Below, piece after piece: positions 23,497 to 37,113 of a stretch of DNA of 64,000 nucleotides (the first letter of the stretch is position 1; each line of letters starts with the position of its first letter). Position numbers and translations under genes: made by a program. Below the pieces are notes generated by a model, which did no database searches, had not been told where the DNA came from, and was given only the letters and a program-made list of their open reading frames with translations. Source of the DNA: Peribolospora baueri (lineage: Eukaryota); contig JAMDHS010000009.1 in NCBI GenBank assembly GCA_029717555.1, positions 248,001-312,000 of the forward strand, given 5' to 3'.

Positions 23497-24655
23497 ATGG
23501 CACACGCCAACCATTCTCTCGCCCACCCCGAATTTCGTGTGAGCATCACCCGCGGCAACGTCTGACCCGCCGCCGCGCTCATCTCTGCCGCTGCTGCCGC
23601 CGCCGCCGCCTCTTCCCCTACCCGTTTCGCAGCTCTTCCTCTCCGCCTTCCCAGGCTTGCCCTCCCACAAGGCACCCAATGACCCCGACGGTGGCATGCG
23701 CGCCGCCTTGGCCGCCTCCCAACGCCCCCCCTTGCCCGACCCCTCGCGGGTGGAGCTGTCCGACTTGCACGTCGACGGGCCCGACGGGGTCAAGATTCGT
23801 CTGCTCGTCGTCAGGCCCGCCGCACGCGTGAGGCGGCAGAAGAAAGAGGGCGAGCTCGAGCCGGTCGTGCTCGTCATTCACGGCGGCGGCTTTGTGACCG
23901 GCACGCCGGAGATGGACTTTCCCATGCTCGCCTACTTTGCCGAGCACGGCCTCACCTCCATCTCTCCCGAATACCGCCTCGCGCCCGAGCACCCGTTCCC
24001 GGCCGCCTTTGACGACGTGGCCGCCGCCTACGACTGGCTCGTCCGACCCTCCACCTTGGCCAACCACGGCTTTGACCCTTCGCGCCTCGCCCTCTTCGGC
24101 TCTTCCGCCGGCTCCACGCTCGCCTCCTACCTCGCCATCCGCAGCGCCAAAGCGGCGCTGGCCGATCAGCCCGGCGGCGCGGGCGACAATCGCGCCCGTC
24201 TCAAGCTCGTCTTCCTCGACTCTCCCAACCTCGACCCTAGTCCGGCAAAGACGGAGGGCAGCCCGGCAAGCCTGGGAGGCGAGTTGGACAAGGAAGGCTA
24301 CTCGATCTGGTCGAACCAGAACACGGTCGACATGGAGCCTTACATCTTTCCTCACGGTGCAGCCGAAGCCAGCAAGGACGGCGTGTCGGCGTTCGCCAAC
24401 ACGCTGAGCGTGAGCGCACTCCGCGAGCTCCGCCCCTTCCTCCCGCCGCACCACCTCCAGATTTGTGAGAGAGACGTGTTGAGACAAGGCGGGATCGAGT
24501 ACGCGCACAAGTTGCTCGACGCTGGCGTGTCGACCGGCGTGAGGGTATGGAGGGGTTGCACGCATGCGTTCATCAGCATCAACACCAACCTAGAGATCGC
24601 CGACAAGGCGAGAGCCGAGACCGTGCGCGCCATCCTCGACGCCTTCGAGTGGTGA
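23497..24655 (+). CDS. Alpha/beta hydrolase, hormone-sensitive-lipase family esterase
   Basis: HGGGF, YRLAPEHPFPAAFDD, nucleophile GSSAG, ERDVL (Asp) and HAF (His); probable short first exon MAHANHSLAHPEF. Confidence 0.9.
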
Positions 24656-24954
24656 CCCGGCCTGGCCTGCCTGGCCTCGACCCACCTCACCCCTTCTACC
24701 CTTGTTCGTCTCATTTACTCTGCCATCGTTCACGCAAAAAAGGATAAATGAAAAAAGCGAGACCGAGCCTTGGACTCTCTCTCTCTCTGTGCGGCAAATG
24801 CCGATTTCTCCTTCCCGTCCAATCGCATCGTCTTTCTGTGCTGGCCATGGTTACAATTTATCTGGGCGATCAGTCAGTCAGTCACGATTGATCGATGAAA
24901 GACTACGTGTTCCTTGAAATATTCTGCTTCTGCTTCTGCTTCTCCCTCCTACTT

Positions 24955-27051
24955 CTACTTCTTGGCGTCAAGGAACAACACGTCCTCGTGCGGCGTGCCC
25001 TTCCATCCCCTCGCCTCATAATCCTCAATCGAGGCAAGCATATGCAAGACAGTATCCTTGAACGAGTGATAATGCACCTCGAGCATCTCCCGCGCCTTGT
25101 CGCCCTTGAGAATGTTCTGCTTCACCGTCTTGCCAGCCCCGGGCGTACCCCGAGGGAAGGTGTACTTCGCCAGCTTCTCCTTGGGCACGTGCGTCGTTAG
25201 GATGTCTGCCACGTCTTGCCACGTCCAGGGTCCGTTGGACGTGGCGCTTTTTTGGAGCGCGAGCGGAGTGAAGGGAAGAGAAGGGAACAGCGCGAGGCGA
25301 GGTGAAGCGGGATCAAGAAGGTGGTAAGGAGGAGCGGGCGGAAAAGAGTCGACTCACAAGCGCTGGTTGCCGGCGTCCCGTCGCATGAGCGCCTCCACGT
25401 GGGCCTTGGCCACATCGCGGACGTCGACTGAGCGCGGGCGGGTGGGTGGAAACAGCGAGCAGGAAGGAGAGAGGCAGAGTTAGCGCGAGGACCAGACCTC
25501 CTCCAAGTCGTCCCCACTCACCCTCGTTCCCCCCCGGCCCGGGAAGGTCGCTCTCCTTCTTCTGGCCGTGCAGGAAACCGTAGAAAGAGGCGACGCTCGT
25601 GTTGAGCTTGTCGGGGGAGGTGACCTCGTGGATGATAGGGCCGAGCACGAAAGGCGGTTGGATGGTGACCAGGTCGAATTTGGGCTGTTCGGCTTCCATG
25701 ACTGTGGACCGAAGTGAAAGACAGACGCGGGAGACAGACGCGGGAAACAGACAGACGCGGGAGACAGACAGCAGCAGGATGAGCGACGGCGTGTGTGTGA
25801 TGAGGTCTCCTACCAAGCTTGTGCGAATCACACTCACACTCCCATGCCGACTTTTCAGCGAGGACCTTGGAAGATCGGTAAACCTCTGACGAGAGAAGCA
25901 TGGCGAAACATGAACGCCATCCATCGTCAGTGACGAGAACGGACCGGACCGGGATGTCTACCCACCGATGGCAGGCGCGTTCTTTCCTTCCTTCTCCAAG
26001 ACCGCTGGCGAGTGGTTGTTCCACTGAGCGACGACGGCGGGTGCAGAAAGAGGACGGAGGGGAAGGTGAGCACTCGGCCGAAAGAGACGGGCCGAAGGAG
26101 AAGCGGGAAGCGAGGACGAACGTCTTCTTCGGTGAACACGGTCACAGGAGGCTTAGGCTCGATGATGGCGGCGAAGGAGGACGTGACTGTGGCACAAAGT
26201 GATCGGCGTCGTCAGCGGAAGGGATGGGCCAGGGCACGAGCAGGCGAGTATTGTGTCTTGGCCGTCAACGACTCACCAACGACGCGCCTGACGGACAATC
26301 TGGTGGAAGAGCGAGGCGGAGTAGATCAGATCAGCACTTATTCGAACGCACAGCGGCTGAGGTGAGATGTGGGCCGAGGTAACCGGCTTACCCGTGCTGA
26401 TGAACCGACTTGAGCAAGTTGCGCGTGCCATTCACGGCGGGGTTGACGAGGTCTGTCGGTCGGGGGGACAGACGGGGAAAGACTTTGAGTGACAAAAGGC
26501 GGCACGAGGGACGAGAACGCTTCGCCGACTTACCCTTGTAGGGATCTTCAATGTTGTAGTGGAAAGGAGAGGCGGTGTGCAGGACGCCGTCCATACCCTT
26601 CACGGCCTCATCGAAGCCGCCCTCCTGTGACGATCCGAGAGGCGAGTTAACACGAGTTCCACACCTCTGCTCCTCGCTCTCATGCGACGACTGCGACTGC
26701 GCGCTCGCACCTTCTCGAGGTCTTCGACGACGACGTAGCTGAACCTGTCGCCATATCGCTTGAACAGCTTGGCGAGGTACTTGCCCTTCTCCGCCGAGCG
26801 CACCGTGCCCCGAACGGTGTGGAGACGCTCGAGGAGCTGGTGGCAACAGTGAGCGGCGATGTAACCGGAGGCGCCTGACGAGGTGAGAAGAGGGAGAGGG
26901 GGGTGCAGGACGTCCAAGTCGGTCCGATCCGGTCGGTCGGTCGGTCAGTCAGTCAGTCTGTAGCGAGGGAGCGCGCGCGGTCGAGCTCTCTCTCTGTCAG
27001 CAGGCGCTCACCGGTGACGAGAATCTTGGAGTGATCCAGGACGGCAACCAT
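24955..27051 (-). CDS. NADPH-dependent aldehyde reductase / dihydroflavonol-reductase-like (Gre2/ARII family); many exons
   Basis: ILVTG|ASGYIA, VRGTVRS, HTASPF, PAVNGT, TSSFAA, YRSSKVLAEKSAW and VDVRDVAKAH. Confidence 0.9.
25719..25772. repeat. Intronic minisatellite (acagacgcggga) x3
   Basis: Three near-identical copies inside an intron of the aldehyde reductase gene. Confidence 0.8.
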
Positions 27052-27959
27052 GCTGTGTTGTCTAGTCTAGTCCAGTCTTATCTGTCTGTCTGTCTGCCTG
27101 CTTTCGAGGTATGGTCGTCGATGGTGGTGGAGGAACGAGAAGTCGGCTGCCGGCGGCCTCCACTCGGCATCGACGTTCGATCGCTGACCAAGAACAATAA
27201 CAACAGATCGCCGCTACGCATCCGTCGTCGTCGTCTTCTTCTTCCTCCTCCTCGTCACCTCCACACGGATGGGCGACTGCCGAACCGCCATGCTACGATA
27301 CGAGAACGGGCCCGTCGCCCAACACCACCTCCAATTCCATCCATCGCTGTCCCGACCAGACTGGATCGACGGCCAGTCTGGCTTCGATCGGCTGGTTTGG
27401 GGGGTGATTGCATCGCGCGGACTTAACTGGACAAGTTGTCCGGTCCGAGTCCCGTGTCGCGAGACGCCGGCGGCGATCGAACGATCGACGTCGATCGACG
27501 ATGATGGGCGTCCCGGACGGCTGGGCCCTGCTCTCTCTCCCTCATCATCTATTTATTCACGCGCGCCCATGTTCCTTCTTCGCCTCCCGTGCACAATTCA
27601 GACAAGACGTGCGATGAGTTGGATGCGATGCGATGTGATGCGGACGCGACGAGGCGCAGTGCGGTGCGGTGGAAAAAAAAGGTCACGCAGACGGTCGTTC
27701 AGACGTGCCGTCAATGAAAAAAAGACTTCAGCGCGCCTGTGGCGAGGGGGACGACGAGAGAGAGAAAAAGAGAGAGCGCGGTCGGAGGGGCATCTTTGAG
27801 CGTGAAGACGACCCAAGGGCGACGACAGCTAGCCTGGTCGATCCTGCGGCCCCGCCTCTATATAAACTAAAGGAAGGAGATTACACTCGTCTGTCTATAC
27901 ACCACCACCCCTTCGCATGGCACCTCTCGTCTCGTCTCGTCTCATCACGCCGTCCCCCC

Positions 27960-29286
27960 TCATCGCTTCCTCTCCACCTCCACCTTGACTTCCTCCCCCA
28001 CATCGCCCGGCCCGCCCTCGGCGAACCGCGCGGCGGCCTGCAGGCGCGCCCTCTCCACGTCGGTGCGGAGGAGCGGGGAGATCTGGAAGGTGGCGAGCAG
28101 CGGGTGGACGTGGTAGGACTTGAGGAGCATGGACGGGTTCAAGTCTGGGTTGGCCTCCGTTCGTGATCGCGACGTCGACGTCGCCGTCGATGACGATGAC
28201 GACTTGTCCGCCACCATTTTCTTCTCCTTGTCCTCGGCGGCCGGTGAAGGAGAGGGAGACGGAGGGGGACTCCGGTAGATGTCGTCTAGGTCAGCGGACG
28301 GAGTCGGCATGAGAAGGTCTGCGCTGAGAAGATCGGAGAGATACTGAGAGGATTTCATGGCTGCAAGGACGAGGTGGACAGGGGGCCAACGGGGATCGGG
28401 TCACGGGTCAGTCGGAACGCATGGACAAGGCCCCATAACCCAAACCCAACCTCACGCACCCTTCCAATGGCTCCACGCCCTCCATGCGGCATAGAAAAAG
28501 GGAAAGTTGGGGATGACGGGAACGAGGGCGAAGGGCATGGTGATGGGCATCACGACGAGGCACGCGTACAGCCACTTGCGGTGGTGCGGCGTGCGCTTCG
28601 CTGTGAGCTCGCGGAGGGAGATTAGCAGCGGCTGGGGAGAGATCAGGCTGGGCGGATAGAGGAGAGGGACCTGTGGGGGTAACGGACGCGAGCATGAGCG
28701 CGAAGGATCAGGTCACACATCGGCGACGAACATCGACACGCACCACCATCTTCTTTTCCTCTTCCCTCTCCTCCCTTCTCTTCGCTCCCTTGGGAAAGCC
28801 GTCGCCCAGGCTCGGTCCGAGGGCGGGATCGACGCCCTTGAGGGCCCACTCCTCAAAGTCGATGCGGTCCATGAGCCTCTCCCCGGCCCGGTACGTCGGG
28901 CGCTTCCACCATTTTCCCTTCTCCGACGTCGCCAGGCCCAGCCAGAACTCGCTTGCCTTAGCCGAGATGCGCGTTGACAGCGGCGGCTTGGTCGCGGCTT
29001 GCCCTTCGGACGAGGATGATGACGACGATGGTAGTGACGAAGGGCCCGCTTCGCTCGCTGTATCGTCGGTTAGACGGGCAGCAGAAATGGTGACAGGATC
29101 ACGATTTCGACCGTGCGCGGGCGATCCGGAGCTGGCCACACTGCCGGTAGTGGGGATGGGGGAGAGAGAGCCGGCAGGCGTGGCGGCGGCGGTCGAGGTG
29201 GAGGTCTTGAGACGCTGAGCGACAAAGGTGCAGAGGGGAGAGGAGGCGGGAGTCTTGCGTCCCAAAGGGAGAGCGATGAGCCTCAT
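27960..29286 (-). CDS. Mitochondrial K+/H+ exchange-related protein (YDL183C / Mit_KHE1 family)
   Basis: MRLIALPL start, KASEFW...W K...Y..GE..MDRIDFEEWALK, and C-terminal DVERARLQ. Confidence 0.8.
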
Positions 29287-29932
29287 CGCCGTAGACGTTG
29301 CGGCGGGTGCGGGCGGGGCGAAATGGAAAGAGAAAGAGGGAGGGCAGAGAAGGGTATAGAGGCGCGTTGGGTGTCTAGATGTGGGAGAAGAGATGTCGGC
29401 AAGATGGCGAAGTGCTCTTTGATTCTTCGCGGCTGCGTGTCGGTGGAAGGAGGCTCGAAGACGATCGGAGCGTGTCCACGTGCGCGCCGACTTGCGCTCA
29501 CGTCCGACGGCGATCAGAACGACGGCGACGGTTGCAAGTCTTTTCGCTCCCGCTCCTCTCGCGCCAGCATCCTTCGAGGCATGCGCAGGGAGAGGGAGGA
29601 ATGGCGTTATTGCCTGGTGCTCAACGAGAAGCAGACTATCGTCGTCGTATTGGGCAACCAAAACACACAAGGATCACACCGACGAAGCAAAGGTTCCACA
29701 ATTTGACATTTCATTTCTTCTCCTTTGAAAAACGTAAAACAAACAAATCGGCCCCCTTCTTCTCGTCCAAGAGACGAAACAGACAAGGTAGCCAGACACG
29801 TTGACGTTCAGGGATCATTTCACTTTGTTTTAAAAAGACGGGACTGGAGGAAAGAGGAAGAGGGGAAACGGGGATGTTGTTCACAAGGGATGGGTTACCG
29901 CGTTGGCGGCTGACTGGCGCTGTGCACGCCGT

Positions 29933-30779
29933 CTACTTGATGCCAAGTAACTCGACCTCGAAGATGAGGGTCGAGTTGGGAGGGATGACCGGGGGGAAGC
30001 CGCGGGGGCCATAGGCGTAGTCGGGGGTGCAGCTACGAGGTGTGAAGGCCGTAGGGACGTGATCAGCGATCGACGCTCGCGCGCGCTGCCCCAGAGACCA
30101 AATCCGCTCAACGACTCACATGAGCCTAGCCTTCTGGCCAACGCTCAACATCGGGACGCTGTGAAGAAAGAAAAAGGTGAGGGGGGCAAGGTACGACCGC
30201 AGGCACGCAGCCGGGGGGGTGGAGCGACTTACCCCTCGTCCCAGCCCTGACGAATGGCGGATAGAGGATAGACGGAGAGCGTCAGCGTACATCCAAAGAA
30301 AACATCGCCACGCCTCTGGGCGTCTTTCTGCCCTCCTGCCACGACCGATGTGAGACACGCGCGCACCTTGATGACACGGCCGACGCCGATGGGCGTCTCG
30401 AAGGGCTGGCCGCGGTCGCGCGAGCTGTCGAACTTGGTGCCGTTCTCAAGCGTACCGACGTAATGGATCTGGACGGTCTGACCTGCGGGCGGTGTGAAGG
30501 CATTGGCAAGCGCGTCGAGGGTGAGTAGAGGGTTAGGAGGGCGGCGGTGACGGCGGATGAAAGGAGGTCGCCGCCGGAGCGAAGGGCCAGAGAGCGGTAC
30601 TCACCCCTCTGGGGGAAAGTCTTGCCGTCACCGGGGGAGATGTCCTCGACTGCGATGGCGGCGAGTGGTATCCGCGGCCACGTTCCGTCGCGGGCGAGAG
30701 GACGTTGTCAGCGTGGAATGGCAGACGACGACCGGCGTCGTCGACGGGGGCGTGGGCCCGGCTCACCTTTGACACCCAT
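29933..30779 (-). CDS. FPR1: FKBP12 peptidyl-prolyl isomerase (6 exons)
   Basis: [44 protein letters not shown]...[30 protein letters not shown]...[13 protein letters not shown]. Confidence 0.95.
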
Positions 30780-33125
30780 GTTGATAGCGCTCGAGAAAAA
30801 GGACCTAGAGAGAGAAGGGGGGAACGGTGGGCGAGAAGCGGCTAGGCGAGCGGCTGAGGTGGTGGTGGTGAGGAAAGAACGGGAGAGGGAGGCGGCCATG
30901 TTATGTATGTCTGTACGTACGAACGGCGCGCTGGCTGGCTTGGGCTGGACGGGCCGGGTTGGCTGTGCGCGTGGGCGAAGTGCAAGTCAAGCAAAGTCAA
31001 GTGGGTCATTTCAGATCGGCAAGTTCGCCCTTACGTCATCCTCATATTCTTTTCGCCGCCCTAACCCTACTCCTGTCTGACGTGCTCGCCCGCGGTTGAC
31101 ACCGCGTTTCGCCGCGCAACTGCGGCGCACGCCATGGCCGTTCCAGGCAGTCATCCATCCGTCTCCCTCGATCGTGAGCGGTCACCTCGACTCGTCCCCC
31201 CTCACGCTCGAGTCTGTAGTCGAGTACAAATACCCACGCGGCTGCGAAGGTACAGAGGCACCCTACCTCAGCTCCCTGTCTGAATTGAGGCGCCTCAGCT
31301 CCCTGCTCGAATCACCGGCACTCTAGCATTGCCCACCTACCGCTTTTAAACCCCCGTCTGAATGCCAGGAGAACCCCCGGCAGAATGAGTAGGAGTGGTC
31401 TCCCTCTGTTCTGAGGTCGTGCCTCGCTTCTCCAGGTTCACATCCTGTGGCCATGTTGACGACTTACAAAAGGCCGAGGGCCGCAGAGGACCTCCCGCTC
31501 TCTTTCCCCTCGCCATCTCTTTCGCTATTATTCCCAGACTCGAGAAACGGAAGCGTCAAGGATATCTTTATCCTCCTCGGGCCATTCTGATGCTGCCTAC
31601 ATCAATGCCAGCCAGTGAGTCCTTGTTTTGGCTGTAGCTTTCCTCTTGCCTTCTTCAACTGATTTCTCTTGTAGAGCGGTCAGCCAGCTACCCTTTACGA
31701 ACAATGGAAGCGATCGAATGGATTGTTGGAGTTCGACAAACCAGAAGATATCCCACCCGGTGTGGCGGGAATGGAGGTCCTTTGCACCATGCGCATGCTC
31801 CGACAGGTGCAGGGTTGGCTCGACATTTTCTGACAACCTTCTGGTCATACAAAACGCCAGACGACCTGGTGCAGCTGGCGTCCTCGGCTGCGATGTTCTG
31901 CTCTCGAACCTCACATAAGATCAGTCGCCTGATGTCCGTCGCCATTTGGCGCCTTCGACACCCTCAGCAAAGGGGACCAGGCTCGTGCGCAGGTCACTTG
32001 AGTGCGACAACGTTCCTGGTCCACCAACGTGCCTGTCATATCTGGATCCCCTTTGATCGCGTCTTTGAGGATGCCAAGCTCCTCAAGTAGCTGACGATGA
32101 TACCCTCGGCTCGGTTCGGGCATGGGAAGGAAAACCGCTTTACTTTCTCGTTTGGTCGGTGAAGGGCCAGGCAGGCGACGAGGTGAGCAGTCGAGAGCGC
32201 TTCCTTGACGACCCCCTGCACGTCCTGGTCGCGTTCATCATTATCTCACGCGCAATGGACTATGCCCGTTAATGATTTCGAACGCAAATTCAGGTTCCAC
32301 TTAGATTTTATCACTTGGCAGAAGGCCATCTCAGGAACGGTGTTCCCCCAGCGGGCGATCGACCCGAGAAAGCGCAGGGCGGAAAGGGATGACGACGGAC
32401 AATGTTCTCTCTCGTCAGACGATGGCCAGTGAAGATGAGGGCGATAAGAAGAAGCAGGCGTGTAGAGGGACACAGTCAAAGCTGAGCATGGCGAACATTA
32501 GGTCTGTGCCGGGCACAATCCTCCCCAAAGGCAAGGCCAAGCGTGCCAGGGAGCAGGCTACGGACGCACTCTACGAGGCGATGGAGAAGCTGGCGTAACT
32601 ACTTAGTGCAAGAACCCGTTGAAGAATTTTTGTCTCGTTCGTCCCTTTGTAACCATGCAGTCTTCCAGGTGGTCTTAAGTCTCTCATCCATGTCCCGCCA
32701 GTCTTACGAATCCGTTTGTAGATATGACATCTGGGAGCAGGAAACCGTTGGTCACCATGGCACACCCTTCCCTTCTCGGTCTCCACCTCCCGCTGGGCTC
32801 GAATGCCCAAGGTCCTCTACGGTACGCATGGAGAGTCACACCCGGACGCTCGAGCGGCTCCTCGCCTCCTTCATACACGTGCCTTTCCCGCCCAACGACC
32901 ACGGTCGCGAGCTGGAGACATGTGAAGGAGGCTCGGCCCTCGGCGAGAGATGTAGGAAGACGATAGTTGAAGTGATTGACAGACGAGAGGGTGGATTCAA
33001 GCCGATTCGATTCGTCTTGCGACAGCGAGTTTCGTATCGCCTCCTTCCGTCATCGGAGTGGTGTGTTTGGTGCGTCTCGTCCACTCCTCAAAAAAGTAGA
33101 TAACATCCGTCCGCCCGCCCGTCCG

Positions 33126-34419
33126 TCAGCCCCGCCAGACGGTGAATTCGGCGACGAGGAAAGCCACGTAGCCGAGGAGTAAGACCGCTCCGATCCACCT
33201 TCTGCCTCCCCACCATACAGTGCCTGCGAAAGCGGCGGAGGAAAGCCACAGTACGACGAGCTCTCCTACTTTTACCGTACGTCCCTGGTCCGTCTCCCCG
33301 CTCTCCATCAGCTGCTGCTGGTTCAGTCTCCAGTCGGCGCCGGCGCCGAGGAGCGTGACGCCCGCGCAGAGGGTGAGGAGGAAGATGTTGCTGCCCGCGG
33401 TCGTGGCGGCGAGGATGCCAGCGTGTCCGCGTGAGCCGCTCATCACCGCCACAAGTTTCTCCGGCAGGGTGGTGGTGAAGGACAGGATGGTGAGGCCCAT
33501 CACAGTGCCGGACAGGCCGAGGAAGGCGCAGAGAGAAGTTGCCGAATGGGACAAGACGTAGCCGCTGAGGGAGAGAGCGACGAATCCGAGCGTCACTTGG
33601 AACAAGTGAAACAACACCGAGCGCGGGCGATGACGGCGAGACGCTGACGACGGAGGATGGCCGTCGAGCAAGGGCGACCGTTCGGTCGCCGACGTGGTCG
33701 GGGTCGGCCTACTCGGTCGGTCGCGACCGATTCCCTCCTCCTCTTCATCACCACTGTCGTCGGAGTCGGAGTCGGAGTCGCTGTCGCTATCGCTGCCCTC
33801 CGGGGCGGCCATGATGCCCCTGTAGATGGCCCATCCCACGGCAACGAGATAGACCACGAACGCAGCGACTAACAAAGCCCCTCCCCATCGTCCTAGCCCT
33901 TCCACGCCTGCCGTGCCGAGACCGACAGTGACGACGGTGGTGATGGCTAGTAAGACGGCTGCGTAGAGGCGTGCGCTGCGATCGAATACAATGACGGGGG
34001 CGGATTGGAAGAGAAGGCCGAGGGAAAAGGCGCCGACGTTGGAGATGCAGCTGCCGAGGACGTTGCCTAGCGCCAGAGAAGGTCGGTGTTGTATGAGAGC
34101 TGCGATGACGACGGCCAGCTGGACAATGAAAAGAGGCGTTCATGTGTTGTCATCAGCACTGGAAAGAGACGGACAAGTCCATCGCAAACCTTTCTTCAGC
34201 TGCCAGAGGGTCCGAGGCGACTCGAGCGTTTCCTCTGTCTCTATCTCTCACCTCCTCCCACTCGGCGCCAACGGTGAGCAGAGCGACGAGGGTCTCACTG
34301 AGCCTCAACTTTAGCGCGACGACGGCGACATGGCCTACAAACTTGTCGGCACCGTATTCAAGCAGGAAGGCGCCGGCGACGAAAGCGCCGACGCTGTAGG
34401 CGACGGAATCGGCGCTCAT
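33126..34419 (-). CDS. Ca2+/cation exchanger (CaCA, Na_Ca_ex family); one intron
   Basis: Two alpha-repeats (GAEWEE|LAVVI...ALGNVLGSCISN; TTLPEK...AGSNIF), an acidic loop and about 10 hydrophobic segments. Confidence 0.85.
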
Positions 34420-34769
34420 GCGTAAGCGAGGAAGGTGGCGATGGAGTGCGGGGAAGGAAAGCAATTGCCGGGAACGGTTCCGCGCTCTATATCGAGACCA
34501 GGCACGCCCAAACTAATCAAAAGACGACGAGCGTCAAGTATGAACTACTGGTGTCTGGCGCCGCTCAGGTTGCCTTTCTTCGCCGTCCGCAAGTAAATTT
34601 GACAGCTGCTTTCATGACATTCACAGGACACCTCGTCCACAAACAGCAGCACGCTGAGAACATGGAGACTTAATGTCACAGAGGAACGGGAAGCATGGCT
34701 CTGGGTGGGATATGCACTGATGCAATTCACGACCGCGTTCGCAGATAGGCACGGATGCGACGGACGCGC

Positions 34770-36590
<1,821 letters not shown>

Positions 36591-37113
36591 GTTGCTTCCG
36601 TTTTCGTGTCAAGTCAAGCGCTCGAATGGAGGTGTGGGTGGGAGGTGGTGAACCGAAGCGGGATGGTGGTGGTGGGAAGTGTCTTCGTTGTCGGTGTCGT
36701 GGTTGTGGACGTGGACGTGGTCGTCGTCGTCGTCGACAACGCTCCAGAAGAATCTACCTCGCTGTTTGTCTCCTTGCGGGGCTCGTCGAAGATCGAGTGG
36801 AGGCCGAGATCATCGACGGATCAACCGGAACGTCATTCGCGCCCATAAAGTGGAGGCCGATCGAAGGTCTACCAGCCGCCGCTTGATTAGTGGCTCTGCC
36901 GCACACACGCGCACTTGGAATCGCCGACCGGATCCATTCGCCGCTTCCACCGGTGGACTCCACCGAGGTCGCCCAAATAACTACAGCCACGTATGTACAG
37001 GACAGGATGTGGGTCCTCTTCGCTCTCCATCCGGTAACAGTCTCAGTCTCATCAGGGTGAAGTGACATAGAGTAGAGAAACAAAGAAAACAAAACACTCG
37101 CCCGCTCATCTCA

